Below, in pieces: positions 10,862 to 24,400 of a stretch of DNA of 33,028 nucleotides. Below the pieces are notes generated by a model, which saw nothing but the letters and a program-made list of their open reading frames with translations, was not told the DNA's origin and did not search any database. The translations under genes and the position numbers were made by a program. This DNA is from Phoronis australis (Eukaryota > Animalia > Phoronida): positions 2,095,461-2,128,488 of the forward strand of contig NMRA01000007.1 of NCBI GenBank assembly GCA_002633005.1, written 5' to 3'. The stretch's first letter is position 1. Each line of letters starts with the position of its first letter.

Positions 10862-11219
10862 TTCACTACCGGGAACATTCATTAGCTTTTGTAGATACAT
10901 CTGTAAAAATATCCAGTTTTGTAAAGCTTCACCATGTTAGATAGTTTTGTTTTAATACTGGGACAATCCTGTGTTTAAATAGCCATTTGCTAACATTTAT
11001 TCATGGTAGATGATCAGATACACAAATTTCATTACATAGAGCTGACATATGATTGTTACTTTTGAAATATTAGTAAACAGATAAGGCATGGATTCTGTGA
11101 CTGAAATTCATCTTGAAGCTGAAATGTAAAAAAAAGCAATAAACTAGTTATATTTTTGTAATTCCATGTCTGCATTTCATTCAAGCATGTTACAAGGCAA
11201 CACATTTATAACAGGAAAA

Positions 11220-11670
11220 CCAGGTATGCTTCATGGCTTTGTAGATCAGTTCAACTTTCACTTCATTGTTCATACAAATAAATACATCTTAGGTAAGAAT
11301 TTTTAATTAACTACAACAAGAAAACTGACCTCTTGAACACATGAAGTATTCACAACATACTCGATCACNTGTGAACTAAGGGCAATAAATTATCTACGTA
11401 AGTTGTTGTGTACTCGAGCATAGAATAATAGACACTTATCTTGATTTCGCCCAAAAGTAGAGTAGAAAATGCCAAACCTAATTTCGAGTTCCATTTCGAG
11501 TAAAAAGATTGGAGACCGGGCCCAGGTATGCTTCATGGCTTTGTAGATCAGTTCAACTTTCACTTCATTGTTCATACAAATAAATACATCTTAGGTAAGA
11601 ATTTTTAATTAACTACAACAAGAAAACTGACCTCTTGAACACATGAAGTATTCACAACATACTCGATCAC
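11220..11670. repeat. Exact 149-bp direct duplication (11220-11368 = 11522-11670) around an N gap; likely assembly join of two haplotypes
   Basis: First copy ends exactly at the single N (11369). Confidence 0.85.
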
Positions 11671-12265
11671 AGACAATCGGAACACCGCGAAATGTCATTT
11701 TGCTGAAACCAGTGGTGCAAGCACAGCGCATAGTTCACGCAGCGCTATCTAGGTCAAATTGTAATTGAATACTTAATAAAGGAATAAATAGACAAGCCTT
11801 AAGACAATGTACTCCACGTGGTTTGCCATGTGTAATTGGGAACAATAATTCATCCTATTAAAGAACCAAAAAGGATTCCAGCTTAAAACATGAACAAAAC
11901 TATCGGCACTGTATTTGGCTTTTTAACCAAACCTGAAAATATCAGAATGAAGTTGCAAACCAGATTCTGAGGTTGACTACAAAACAGGAGGTGCAGCTCC
12001 TTAGCTCTATTTTGGCAGAAGCTTACACTTCTTTGTGACCCGCTTACCCACAGGAGTACATTTCCATCTCCCACTGGAAGTTGCCGTTGATGATATGGCC
12101 AAATCACAAAACTACTCATTGTTCCAAACCAGCACAAAAAGAACTAGTAACAGATTTTATCACTAACTTCCAAATCTTCATTTCTGCGTTGCAAAATGTC
12201 CAACCTTGAAAAAATAATTTCAATATTCCATACAAAATTCAATGCTTCAGTCTTGGCAGCCCTCC

Positions 12266-12408
12266 TTATCTCCGTTTACCCAGTTTCTTATTGCCACGAA
12301 TTCCTGATTTTGAGCCCTTAAAGTGACCTTTGCCTCTCTTCTTTGACCTCCAATCTCTATCGTTCAACCACTTGTCCCTATTCATTTCCCATTTCAACTG
12401 CTTGGCAT
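12266..12408 (-). CDS. CEBPZ: CEBPZ last coding exon (DAKQLKWEMNRDKWL…GKRR*)
   Basis: ttccag acceptor; KQLxWE motif, basic tail, TAA. Confidence 0.93.
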
Positions 12409-15400
12409 CTGGAAATAAGACGCAATGAAATGGAGGATGTAGTCAATGTCAGTAAATCATGGTCATTTGTAACAATCTCTAACAACCATTTGATAGTGTT
12501 CTCTGTGTGTAATTTAAAGCCAGCGCCACCAATGTACCTCGCAGTTTCGGAAAAGTATTCCAGACACATTACGAGTTCCACGACAATTTCATTGTTAAAC
12601 GACACAACCTTAGCTTTCATGACCTAACAATGTTGTTGCAAAATGATAACGTTATAGCCAAAAAAGGCATAATTGGTTCTGGGCTCAGTTTTTCTTTTCA
12701 AAATTGAGTGTACATTTATTAGTTGCTTGTACTATAGACCGCTTTAGAATGGCTAGCAACAGACACCCAACGCAAAAGCTTGAACATAGTGGCAAAGGTA
12801 AAACTGTAAAAGACCCAACATTACGTGTTTTGTACTACTGAAAATCAAGAAATGAAACAACTTTAAATAAAAAACACCTACCAGCATTGTCCTTGTTTGA
12901 CATGGCTTGACTTCCCGTGCTGTCGATTTTGGAATTCACATTTTCATCTATCATGTGGGCGAACTGATAAAACAGAATAATCACACATTAGCAATCTGGT
13001 GTTGTACATTTATCATGTTTAGCAATCTGGTGTTGTACATTTATCATGTTAAGCAATCTGGTGTTGTACATTTATTGTGTTTAGCAATAAGAAACCTTAA
13101 GCATGGCGGTTGTTTTATTAGTAAAGTCAGCTGGCTGAAAACATTAAAGCACCCTACACTTTAGGTATTAAAGAATTTATCTGGGCATTGAAAAATTTAA
13201 GAATTAATTGTCTTTAGACAAACACTTCTTTGTCAATGCTGCAGCAACAATTAGCAATGTGTTCTTAGGTATTCACCACTCCAGCCAAATGACATCACTC
13301 TGAGACATTCAACTCGAGCAGTCACATTAGCATAACGCAAGTGGCAGACGAAGTGTCTCAGCAACCAGCTGCTGTATAATGGTGATCAAGAGTCTTGACT
13401 TTGCCAGCTAATGCCAAGCAAATAAGCTAACACATATGATTGGCTTACAGACCAATCAGATGTCTTAACCAGTTGAACCGGTAAATCGGGAAAGTCAGCC
13501 ATTGTGTCTGTTGCGACAACTTCAGATCAGTTTGATCATTGTCTGTCTTAACTGATTTGTCTGAGAATGACGTCAGCTGTCAAATCCTGTGCTTGTATAC
13601 TGAGATCAAGATAAGGCCATTCAGTAGGTGGAGTGCCTGTTTGCCACAGTTACGAAACACAGAACTTCCTGGCACTCCAAATATTCAGTTGTCAGGAAAC
13701 AAAACGTTAATGTGACCAGCTACGGAGCAGGGATGTCTGGCAGTCAAGCTTCAAGGACAAATACTAAGTTGCAAACATTTAATGTCTGATCAGCATGCCA
13801 TGTGTTGGCCACATCACGTGGCCTAATTTATATTTTCCACACAATGTTGAGAATAACATATTCATAAACAATATAAACGTACACCAGATGCAGTGCTAGC
13901 ATCCTGTTTAACTTTAACAGAATGTTATTAACTGTGAGGTGATATTTACCTTACATGATAGTAGCAGACTATTTTAAAGCAAAGTGCACATTAAGTAAAG
14001 TTTACTCAAATTCAACAAAAAATAAAGGCCAAAATTGTCATTTTTTCATTTTTCAAACGCCCATACCAAAAATGTTCAAAATTTAATCATTGTGTGTTTT
14101 TAATGACAGCTGTACCATATAAAGTTTTCCAATAATCAAGTAAAATTGTCATCTTGTTTACTCTTGTTGAAATGAAAATTTTGATGAAATAAATCATGCT
14201 GTTCTGTCATGTTGTGTTGCAATCTGAAGAACTTCTACAGTACTTTGCATTGAATGCAGTTGAATGCATTTGTCAAATCCAATCAAATTTCAACATACTA
14301 GCATTCTAAAGTCAACAGACTGTTGTAACATCAGTCTTTCCTAAGTGAACTATAGAATCACACCTGCGCCAAGAGTAATGCACAGCATCACCGTTTTCAC
14401 ACCAAATTTAGAAATTGACCAATACCAAGCATCATAAATTTGTCAGGCAACAGAACATTAGACATCGTAATCTCAGCTGACCATCCCCCACAGACACACA
14501 TAAGCACACGAGTGAAAATTCAAAACTACAAACCTCTTCTGCTGATGCAAATATAGAGCTGATATCAGACCTGCAAAAGGTTACAACAATGACATCTTAA
14601 TGTAAATTCTACCACAGACTATAGTATATGGTCCCCCAACTCTGTATATTTTCAATAGACGAAGTATGTGATCTCACGCATAAGCCGTGACGTCGCTATT
14701 CACTAGTGACACAGCGCAGTCATAAGATGCTTTACTTCCGGCAAGTACGTCGTCTGCTATATTGGACAGTAAAACAGATGCAACAATTTCCCGGTCATAA
14801 TACACTGACCGGAAGCTGAGGTTCCTATGTTTAGAGGGTGGCGCCTCCTTTAGGATATTTCGCAAGAAAACGTCGGAGATGCAAATCTGTTCACTATAAT
14901 CTATGATTGTACAAAGGTGTTGCACTAGAAAATATGAAATGTCCTATAGTATTGTACTTGTAGCTTTTTTAATATTATGTCAACTTCAAAACAGAATAGA
15001 TTTCTTCAATGCGGAATTTTTCACAATAACCTGAAAAGCCAATGCTACGCTGTATTTCAAGAATACCGACAAAGTGAACGAGCAACTACAAAGAATAAAG
15101 AAAAAATACACATTCTCACCCCTTCGATTTGCCACCTTTCTTTGACTTTTTTATAACTGGCACATCGTCGATATCGGAAAGATCTGACTCAACTAACTCA
15201 TTCACTTTACGTCCTTTCATCTTTTTACTCCTTTTGCTTGACGATGTCCCAAATGGAGCCAAGTCGTCATCTAAAATGATTTCACATAGTATAGTACCCA
15301 CTTGGCAAACTACTTAAGTATGAAGACAACTAGGCAAATCCTCTGATAGCTAATCATTAGTAAACAATAAACTAAAACATTTCCAAATTTTCATAAATTC

Positions 15401-18400
15401 ACTACCATTGAGTACCCATGTTACCCCTGAATTTCACGCAACCACATCAATAAATACCCACATCACCTCCAAACTTCCCAAATCATGTAAATTGTTCTTC
15501 TGTCACAAATAATCCCACCAAAAGAAAGATAACATTCACATCCATAGTCATAGCAAATTTTGAATCAAGACATCTGACCTAACTTTTCCCAATAATATTA
15601 TATAATGATTGAGAAAGAAAGTTTTGCAATAACACTTGGGGTGGATACTTCAACATCAACTTTTCAACCTGCAAATATCATTAATATGTCAATCCACTTT
15701 ACTGCACTTAGAAATATTGACACATTTTGACTGGCTCAAAGACTATAACACTAATTTAAAGTCATAGTAACAGTCAACTGCCTTATATTTTCACCGAACG
15801 GGGTATAGGGCTTGCAGTACGGTGGTGGGGGGGTAAATATGGAACTCTTTCCAATGCAGTAGTTGGACCAGTTTGATACCCGAGCTGTTTAGAAAATCCT
15901 TGAAAATTCATCTATGAGGACTCGTTTCTACGGATTGATTACACTCATGTGCCCCAACCAAACAGTCTTCCCAATGTCTTTTCAAGAAAGCAGTTTCGAA
16001 ATATACTGTATCAGAACTCAAGTCAAACAAAAAAGCATACCATCACTGAACTCGATAGCTTCTTCATCAAAACCAGGGTCATTATCATCACCAAATGCAT
16101 CCTTCAAGTCATCACCAAAGTCCATCTCTTCATCTGATAGTTGATCATCCAAATCATCATCATCATCATCTTCCTCTTCATCATCATCATCATCCAGGTC
16201 CATTTCAGAGCCCACTTTCGTCTTTTTCTTCTTCCCCAGTTGCTTGGAGAATTCACTGAAATATATAGCAGTGTCCACTGTTCACTGTCACAATACAAAC
16301 ACAAAAACTAATTTTCAATTTAGAACACTACATGACATTTCACTGCGTATTCAGTTCAATATAATTTTTTTCATCCTTATTCAAAAACCTCCATAAACCA
16401 AAATGTTTGGAGGACCACATCCACCAGGGAGAGCTATGAAAAAATTCAGCACAGATTGACCAAAAGATGTCATTCACCTGCATGAGGCACTAGTGGAATA
16501 AGGTCCCATATGGCAACCTGAAGGCGTTCTTTTTTCTTACATTTAACAGGTATCGCCATAGCATCACCTAGTGAATATCTGGCTCCTTATTCCCACCCTA
16601 AACACACAACACATCACCAACTCCAGCACAGTGCGCCACCTACCTGGCAAAGTCTACACCAAAGTCCACATCACCAGTTTCTTCTACACCAGTTTCATAT
16701 TTATCTGTACACAATGATAAGTGCATAAATCAACATTGTAACACAAAATCCAACAACTAACAGGCCACTGAATGTGTAAACCTAGTGACAATGTACACAT
16801 GTCAGAAAACAATATCAGTACCAGCAAGAACCTTAACAAGAAGGAAAATTAGAATAAATAAATAACTGATGATCAAAAAGTACCCGGACAATGAAATACA
16901 TCGTTTCAATTCAATGTTCACAGCATATGTGACAGCATGAGAGTGATTCTAGTCAGTAAATGGTTTCTTTTTTAATCAAACTCAAATTCTGGTCATACCT
17001 AAATATGCATCAAAATCATTATCACTTATGCTTTCGGCATCGCTATCAAAATCTTCAAGTTTCTTTTCCTTTTCCTTTTTCTTGGCAGCTTTTTGGCTGA
17101 AATACCTACAACAGGACATTGCCAACAAATGAAAGACCAAAAATCATCCCTTGCTTATTGCTAAATTTATGAAGCAAATTGTTTAAAGCCATCGTATGCC
17201 CAGTTATAAGAAGTTTCAGCACCACTGACAGTGTAATGCTCATGTTGAGCTGAGTACTAGGTTACCGTAGTGACTGCAAGGAGACTGAGGAGGATTCTGC
17301 GAAATACTCTACTACAGGGGTCCCACAAATTAAAAACCAGTTTGATGCCCGTTATTCAATATTAAAAGAAAACTGGTTCTCAAAATGCCGGACTCGGGTA
17401 AGTCACTATACCCCGATTCTGAGCCTGTACCAAGTGCCCAGTCTTACAATTACATAAATGAGTGGACAGGATAACACAGATGAAGATTTGTCCACCAAAC
17501 AATAATACTCAGGAGAGTTCTATCAATTGCTGGGGAGATGATTACACTGTACATATCCTATGTTTGGCAAAATGTCCACCCCTGAATTTACCAAATTTTC
17601 TTCCGTTTACTCTCAATTAATACTCACATCACCCCTGAATTTACGAAATCTCCATACACCCACTACCAATAAAGACTCGTGTCACTCCAGCATTTACCAA
17701 ATTTTAATACATCCACTCCCAATAAACACAGATTCCTACCTTTTTAATTACTATGCTCAACTTAATGTCTAGACTCAATTTTAACACATTGGGCTCCAGC
17801 TTGGACAAATACAATATTACCGGCCAATGCCATGAAAAGCTACAAGTAATTATAAGGCACATTTCATTTCATTGACATCTTTACTAAAGTTGCATTCCAC
17901 AAACTACAGTTAGAGCAATTTTAGGCTAAAATCTAAAATTGCAAAATTTTCAAGTCTGGTGTACACGCCACCTGTTGGCCACATAATGTGAGGTAATGAG
18001 TCTGAAAAGATTTATATCCCAACCGGGAATTAAACCCAGGACCTTCTGCTAAGCTTGCAGACGCTCTAGTTCACTGAGTCATCAAACCAAATAGTGAGCA
18101 AGCGAACCACAACACATGTCAGAAAAAATTTTCATGAGACATACTTGTAGAAGAATTTTTCTTCTTCGGGGATAGCATCCTCTGACTTGTTGATATACTC
18201 GTCACTGTTGACGGCCACACCCCTAGCTCCTCTGGGCTTGGCTGTTCTCCTCTTCGGCTGCATCACAGACGTGTGCGAATCTCCTGAAATAGGGGCGCAG
18301 ATATCAGTGTTGGCTTCAGAAGAAGTCAAAAGTGTATAGGTATCCAACTAATGTAAAACCATCACGAACAACTCAGATCACACACAATTTATGGTTGAAT

Positions 18401-21400
18401 TGTTTATTTCAGTGCTATAAACTGTTTAAAAACACACAATATCATTGTTTTATTTAAAACACTGCATCTGAAAGAACTATAACCATTCTAGGTTCACAAT
18501 GTCATTATTTCATTTGACACACAGAGACTGAAAGAACTTTAACTTCTCTCGAAACACAAAATGTTTACGTATTGCACAACATTACTCAAAAAGGCGTATT
18601 AAGTGAAAACTTTGCCAAAGACGAATTGCACACAAATGTTTCATCATATGCACAAATGTGTTTGTCCATAGTGCAACACTGCAAGCATTCAACAAAGATA
18701 TCATGCTTCACTGCCTTGAACCACAGGCGCTTGAGTTTATCTGTTCCTCAATCACCACTGACGTCACTCACTACTAGAATATTTCTTATATATGGTTATG
18801 AGTCATTAAGAAATTCGAGTGCCTGTGCCTTGAACAGTCATAGGGAAACCACTGTTTACTCCACCTTCATGTCACGAAAAGTGTTGCACTGTAGGATGCC
18901 ATTACACAAGATGTCAACGAAATCAGGACAAACCTACGGCTTGAAAGAGCATCTCGGCACTACGAGATGCACCAATGGTGGTCTTACTCTAGCTCAGTAA
19001 GGTGAGCACAGAAGCCAGATGCAGCAAAAAATTTTTCTCATCATTTAGATTACAATACCTGCGACTTTCTTTTTCGGATTTCTGTACACAAATCTGTCCA
19101 GGAATCGAATTAGCGTGAAGTCTTGTAGCGGATCACTCGCGTACGATATGCTGTCTCCCTTCAATGGAAATATAATGTCCATTTAATACAATGGGTGCAA
19201 ACAGATAAAATAGAGATGAGAAACATTTTCCCTGCCATACTACAATAGTCACTATGTAAACTTTTAACCAGTCACCGAGAACTATAACGAGTGTAGCAGG
19301 TTGTTCTTACTATGTCATGTTTACTGCGCAATGAAGCCTAAGAGTGACTGGATCAGACCGCAGTAACAGTGTTTTCTTTTCAGTTTCAATGTGAACTCTG
19401 GTTTTGAATGCAGTACAAAAAATTTTCATCAATAAACTAATACAGTATTCTCATGCAGCTGATACTGCATTCAGATGCCATCCGATTCAGCGTTCACATG
19501 CCATCCGATTCAGCGTTCACATGCCATTCGTTTAAGCGTTCAAATGCCGTCCGATTCAGCGTTCACATGCCGTCCGATTCAGCGTTCACATGCTGTCCGA
19601 TTCAGCGTTCACATGCCATCTGTTCAGCATTCACGGTCATCCGATCAAAAGGCCGATAGGTCGTCTGTGAGTGTTCCCGAGATGTTGCCTAATAAATTCA
19701 TGCCCCCAAATCCTGGTCATGCATGACCTTAAATTACTTCTAAGATGGCTGACAAGACGCCATAGTGAATGCTCATCTTCAGCAGCAAATATACATTCTG
19801 TCTTCGTACTTATATCCATACACGTACCCACCCAGTACAGTAAGCAACATATGGCAGCTTACATCCTGGTCAGTCGGGCCAAAAGGTCAATATTGAGCTT
19901 ATACTCAAGTATTGTACAACTGTCGATTCAACACAGCACAAAATCTGTTGTGCTCCAATCCAAACACACACTCCAGCAAAACAGAGCACGCCTACCTTGA
20001 GTAGCGTCTTGGCAAACAGCGCCACCGAGGGGTGGAAGTGATGACTCAGCCTCTCAAGTTCCCACTCACAGTCCAACTCAGCATGACAGTATAGTGGGTT
20101 CCTATGCTGCGGGTCATACTCTCCCGTGTCTGATTTATCTACAAGTGAGACGTGGCGTGTAGCATAAATTAAACACTTCATCAAGTAAAAATTTCGCTCG
20201 ACATTCATAAAATGCCCACCATTCTAAACAGCCTTTCTTCCAACTTCAAGAAACAGGTAAAAATACTTTAAAATCCTCATAAAAATGATTCATTCAGGTT
20301 CAAAAAGTAGTGTTTTTAATATACATTTTTACCGGATTTTAAAGTATTTTGACCTATTTCTACATTGTATAATTTATGCGGTCTTGACATGTCATTTCCA
20401 ACATCTCTAGAGTTTTGAATTGTACTTGTTTCTAGTTGACATAAAGACACAGAAAACGCAGCATAACAGGTACACACCACAATTTGTACAAAAAAGAATG
20501 GTTAACTTTCAGCATTCATGAAACAACATTCACACAATGCTACTCACACTCTATAAACACCTGACGACCAACTACTCAAGAAAACCAAGCTACAAAAGCG
20601 CGGCTTCAACAGATCTGATGAGATCTCCTATCGCAAACAAACCGTTCCTACCTGCCACAGATCTGTGAACCCATGAACCAGACTTGTGACCTGTGCTGTG
20701 TGTCTGTTTGTCCTCTGCTTTCACTTCCTCATCATCATCATCACGAACGTCAGTGAAGTGTTCCTCATCATCTGAGTCCTGGATAAGTTAGAGACAAGCT
20801 GGACATGAGGTATTTTTCAGTTCCATTTCATAGGCACAAATGAACAAAAGAAATGTCGCATCATGTTTGTGGGAATTTCAGCAAACATCTTTTTTCCTTG
20901 CGGCATCTACGATCCACATATCACGCTTTTTTAAATTTGGAATGTAGGCAACTATGCAAAAGGCAGACAAAACACAGAATTACATCAGTTTTTTACCATA
21001 ATAGATGTAACCTGACTCTGTCGCCACTTGATGTCTGATTGTTTGTATCTTGTAAATGTCTAATAAATAGACAAAATGTCAAATTAATCTGAACTTTTTC
21101 ATTTGTGTGGCGATTGTCCATTTTTCAAAACACCGAATATCATAAGACTGTGTTGTTTCAAATTACTTCTTAAACAACAGGTAAGAAATGTTGGCCAACT
21201 AGAAATTCAAACAAAAATATCACCCAATGGGTAGTAAAAAAAAACAGAAATCATGCCCTGGTTCTAATTTCCAAACTCAAGTTATTTTTGATACTTTCCG
21301 CATGAAGCATAACACACTCAAGCATCCAATTATGGATATCTATATCGAGTTCGCATTAAAATAGAATAGAAACTGTCAAAAGCTATTTGCAGGTCAAGCT

Positions 21401-24400
21401 GGTGTTTGCAGACTAGACTCAGGACCGTGGTGGCTAACACAAAAGTAACGTAAACCCATGTAGAAATTTTTAGTAACATGCCCATCTCCCTCAGGGCAAT
21501 ACCTACCTCAGCAGTGTGCTGGACTTTGACTAGTCCCTTCTGCACTTTGACAACCTCCGAGATCAAGATGAGGACAGCGCAGATGAAACTGGGAGACTGC
21601 AGCGAGGACACCTGTAGGAGGCGCTTGATAAATGCCTTGATTCGCTTGTTCACTGTGTCCTTACGGAGGCTCTTGAACAATACGTTGAGAAAGAGCGCGT
21701 GCTTTGACGACGACTTCAGGCCAGGGTCGAGCAGCTTACGGTATAATGCTGTGTAATAGCGGTCAGAGATCTCATCACTGTGGAACAGAGGACAAAATCA
21801 GTCAAGAGGAATTTGAGATCTCATCACTGTGGAACAGAGGACAAAATCAGTCAAGAGGAATTTGAGATCTCATCACTGTGGAACAGAGGACAAAATCAGT
21901 CAAGAGGAATTTGAGATCTCGTCACTGTGGAACAGAGGACAAAATCAGTCAAGAGGAATTTTACCTTGATGGCAACCTCACTATTCACTGATTGAAAAGT
22001 AATTCACATATTGTTATGAAAACCATGAATCACTTGACATACACAGTGCATGACAAAAGTAAACAGACAAAATACCATTTCCCCGTCTTGACTACTAATT
22101 CTGCTAACACCAAAAATGACTGGTAAGGGGTATTACGGAGGTAAAAATCTAATCACAGAATGTCTTAGCCACCTGACTAATTGTCCTGTTAATTCCCCTT
22201 CATTCTTGATCATCAGGGGAGACTACTCTGATGGTGAATCTACTTTCCCACAGCCATCATGATAGGAAATCCCAGGTCAGTTTGTCTGAATACTTATAGT
22301 GTGCACTGTACCTGGAGTTCGAAAATGCTAGAGCCTGAAAACAAACAATTACAAGAGTACCAATCCCACTACTTTGTACTGTGAGGTCATCTAATCCTCA
22401 ATATACCAGTAGAATAGTGCTACCTCGAGTCCATCACTTGGTAGAGCAACATGAGTGCTTGTACACTAACATTGAAGTTGACTATGTGTACAACCTTGTA
22501 CAGAGTAGTCATCTGTTCTTCTATCTTCTCTTTGTCCACTGAAATGAATAGTGAACAAAGTCAGGACAGCAGCACAGCAGGACATTAGTCTCCACAGAAA
22601 ATTTACAAAGTAGGTAACAGCAAGACAGTTACAGTTGTGTAAAATGATAGCTATGTTTCTAAAGTGCTTAAAACCACCAATTCAACATTCAAAACACCAA
22701 AAACATCTCCACCAGTTGATCAGCTATCAAATTAGATCATCCGTGATAAGTTAGGAGGCTGATCTCGAGTTACGAGCATCTATTGATCAATACATATTGC
22801 GTAAAATCTAGAAAACAAATCACAGCAACAGTCATCCTCCATTGTGTTTAGTGCAGTATCAGATATTGCTGCTCGTTTTCCCATGGTTTATGGTATATAA
22901 TAAAGAATGTGTTAGTGGTTGTGACACTATACCATGTCACTCGTTTCACTTTCTTCAGAACTGACTTTTCTGTTATTCAAAGCAGCTCCAAATGTTCACA
23001 TTTTTCCAGATTTTTTTTAAGTTCGTAATATCTCTGAACCCACAAACTCGGTATTACCAAGGACTACTTACTCTTGGCATATGGATACGCCCTGTTTACA
23101 CCAGATAACAAAGCACTAAGCATCTTGCTGTCTACTTCACCTTTCTTGACAAAAGCCTGCACAGAAAATGTGCACAAATGTAAGAAAGCAGTCATTGAAG
23201 AGCTTGAAGGTTTCTTAACAAAGATGAGAGACGAAAAGTAGCCAGGATGCAGCGAGGTATTTCACCACAAGATGGCAGCAAAACTGGAGAGTAGGAGCAA
23301 CTGCAGGAAGTGTTGACTTCAAAACAGCATACAACAATAACATAAACTGGTTTAAACGGAATATTCTGCAATGCTTATGAAAAATGAAATTATTCCCCAA
23401 CACTCATACAAATAACTTTAAGTTTAGATATAGATAAAATACCATCTGAAGCTCAGTTTAGAAGCCAACACATCAACTAACACTGGATGTCCCAACTGAT
23501 GGTTCAATCTTCAGTCAACAAAATCGTTATCAACAAAGGTTGTCTGGGTACCATAAAAGCCTATTTGCTACTTGACAGAATTGAATGCCCTTGATGGTAA
23601 TGTCATGAAAAAGTGAGCACTCGAAAATAACACACAACATCTCAATATAGATTCAAGCAAGGACATGTTTACCTTGAAGAACGAGAAGTACACAGCAATC
23701 AGATGAGCTGCCAAGTCATGGTCAGATGGGTTGAGCACGAGCTGGTTCAGAAAGCATATGGCATAGTACCTGAAACGGTCATCATTTCAATAGCACTTGT
23801 TCAATTAATTCTACACCAAGTTATCAACAGTACACAAAACAACATCTCTGTACTTCCAGTTTAGTAGTTAACGTAAACCACTCACGCATTACACGACTTG
23901 ACGTTATGAAAAGCGTCGGGTCCTGACACAAGTGTATTTTTTCACCAAAAACACACTCCATGATTTGGTCACCTGCCGTAGAAGAGAAAATATACCCCAG
24001 CATGAAGTTATTTGACAAAAACGAACTATGTTCAGCGGCACATGACTGAATATCTAGATTTTTACAACCAGCCAATCAGAATTAAGGCTAGATTTAAACT
24101 TATTTCACAAAAATGTTAGTTTTAAAATACGGGCTGCACATACAGCAATAAATGTAATTTCACACAAATATTTCCTATTTTCCAGTGAAAAACGCCTCAT
24201 TTGGAAAAACTTATTAATATGCACTGTTTGTTTATGAGGCAATGTTTTCCCGCAATGCAAAGCCCTGTTGTTTGTCAAGCCACATACTCTGCTGAAAGAA
24301 TCAGTTGTCCACAGAATAGTTTCAAAGTCCTGAACATTTTTTTTTCTTACAATGCCGCACAAAAGTCAGACTGTGGAGGAAAATATATCCCAGAATGCAA

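Noticed and set aside
17268-17408. TAGTGACT...AGTCACTA inverted ends suggesting a MITE
   Set aside because: Only 8 bp perfect and the TSD is ambiguous
19453-19726. ORFs with recurring MPSDSAFT peptides; CRISPR-like periodicity
   Set aside because: Head-to-tail 23-bp tandem repeat with no unique spacers, in a eukaryotic intron
21766-21961. Possible CRISPR array, or an in-frame 49-codon exon extension via the most upstream acceptor
   Set aside because: No spacers; the 147-nt extension hits TGA after 8 codons
22208-22265. C/D-box snoRNA-like arrangement on the minus strand (ATGATGG...CTGA)
   Set aside because: Imperfect C box, only ~50 nt, and no convincing guide; snoscan/Rfam would be needed
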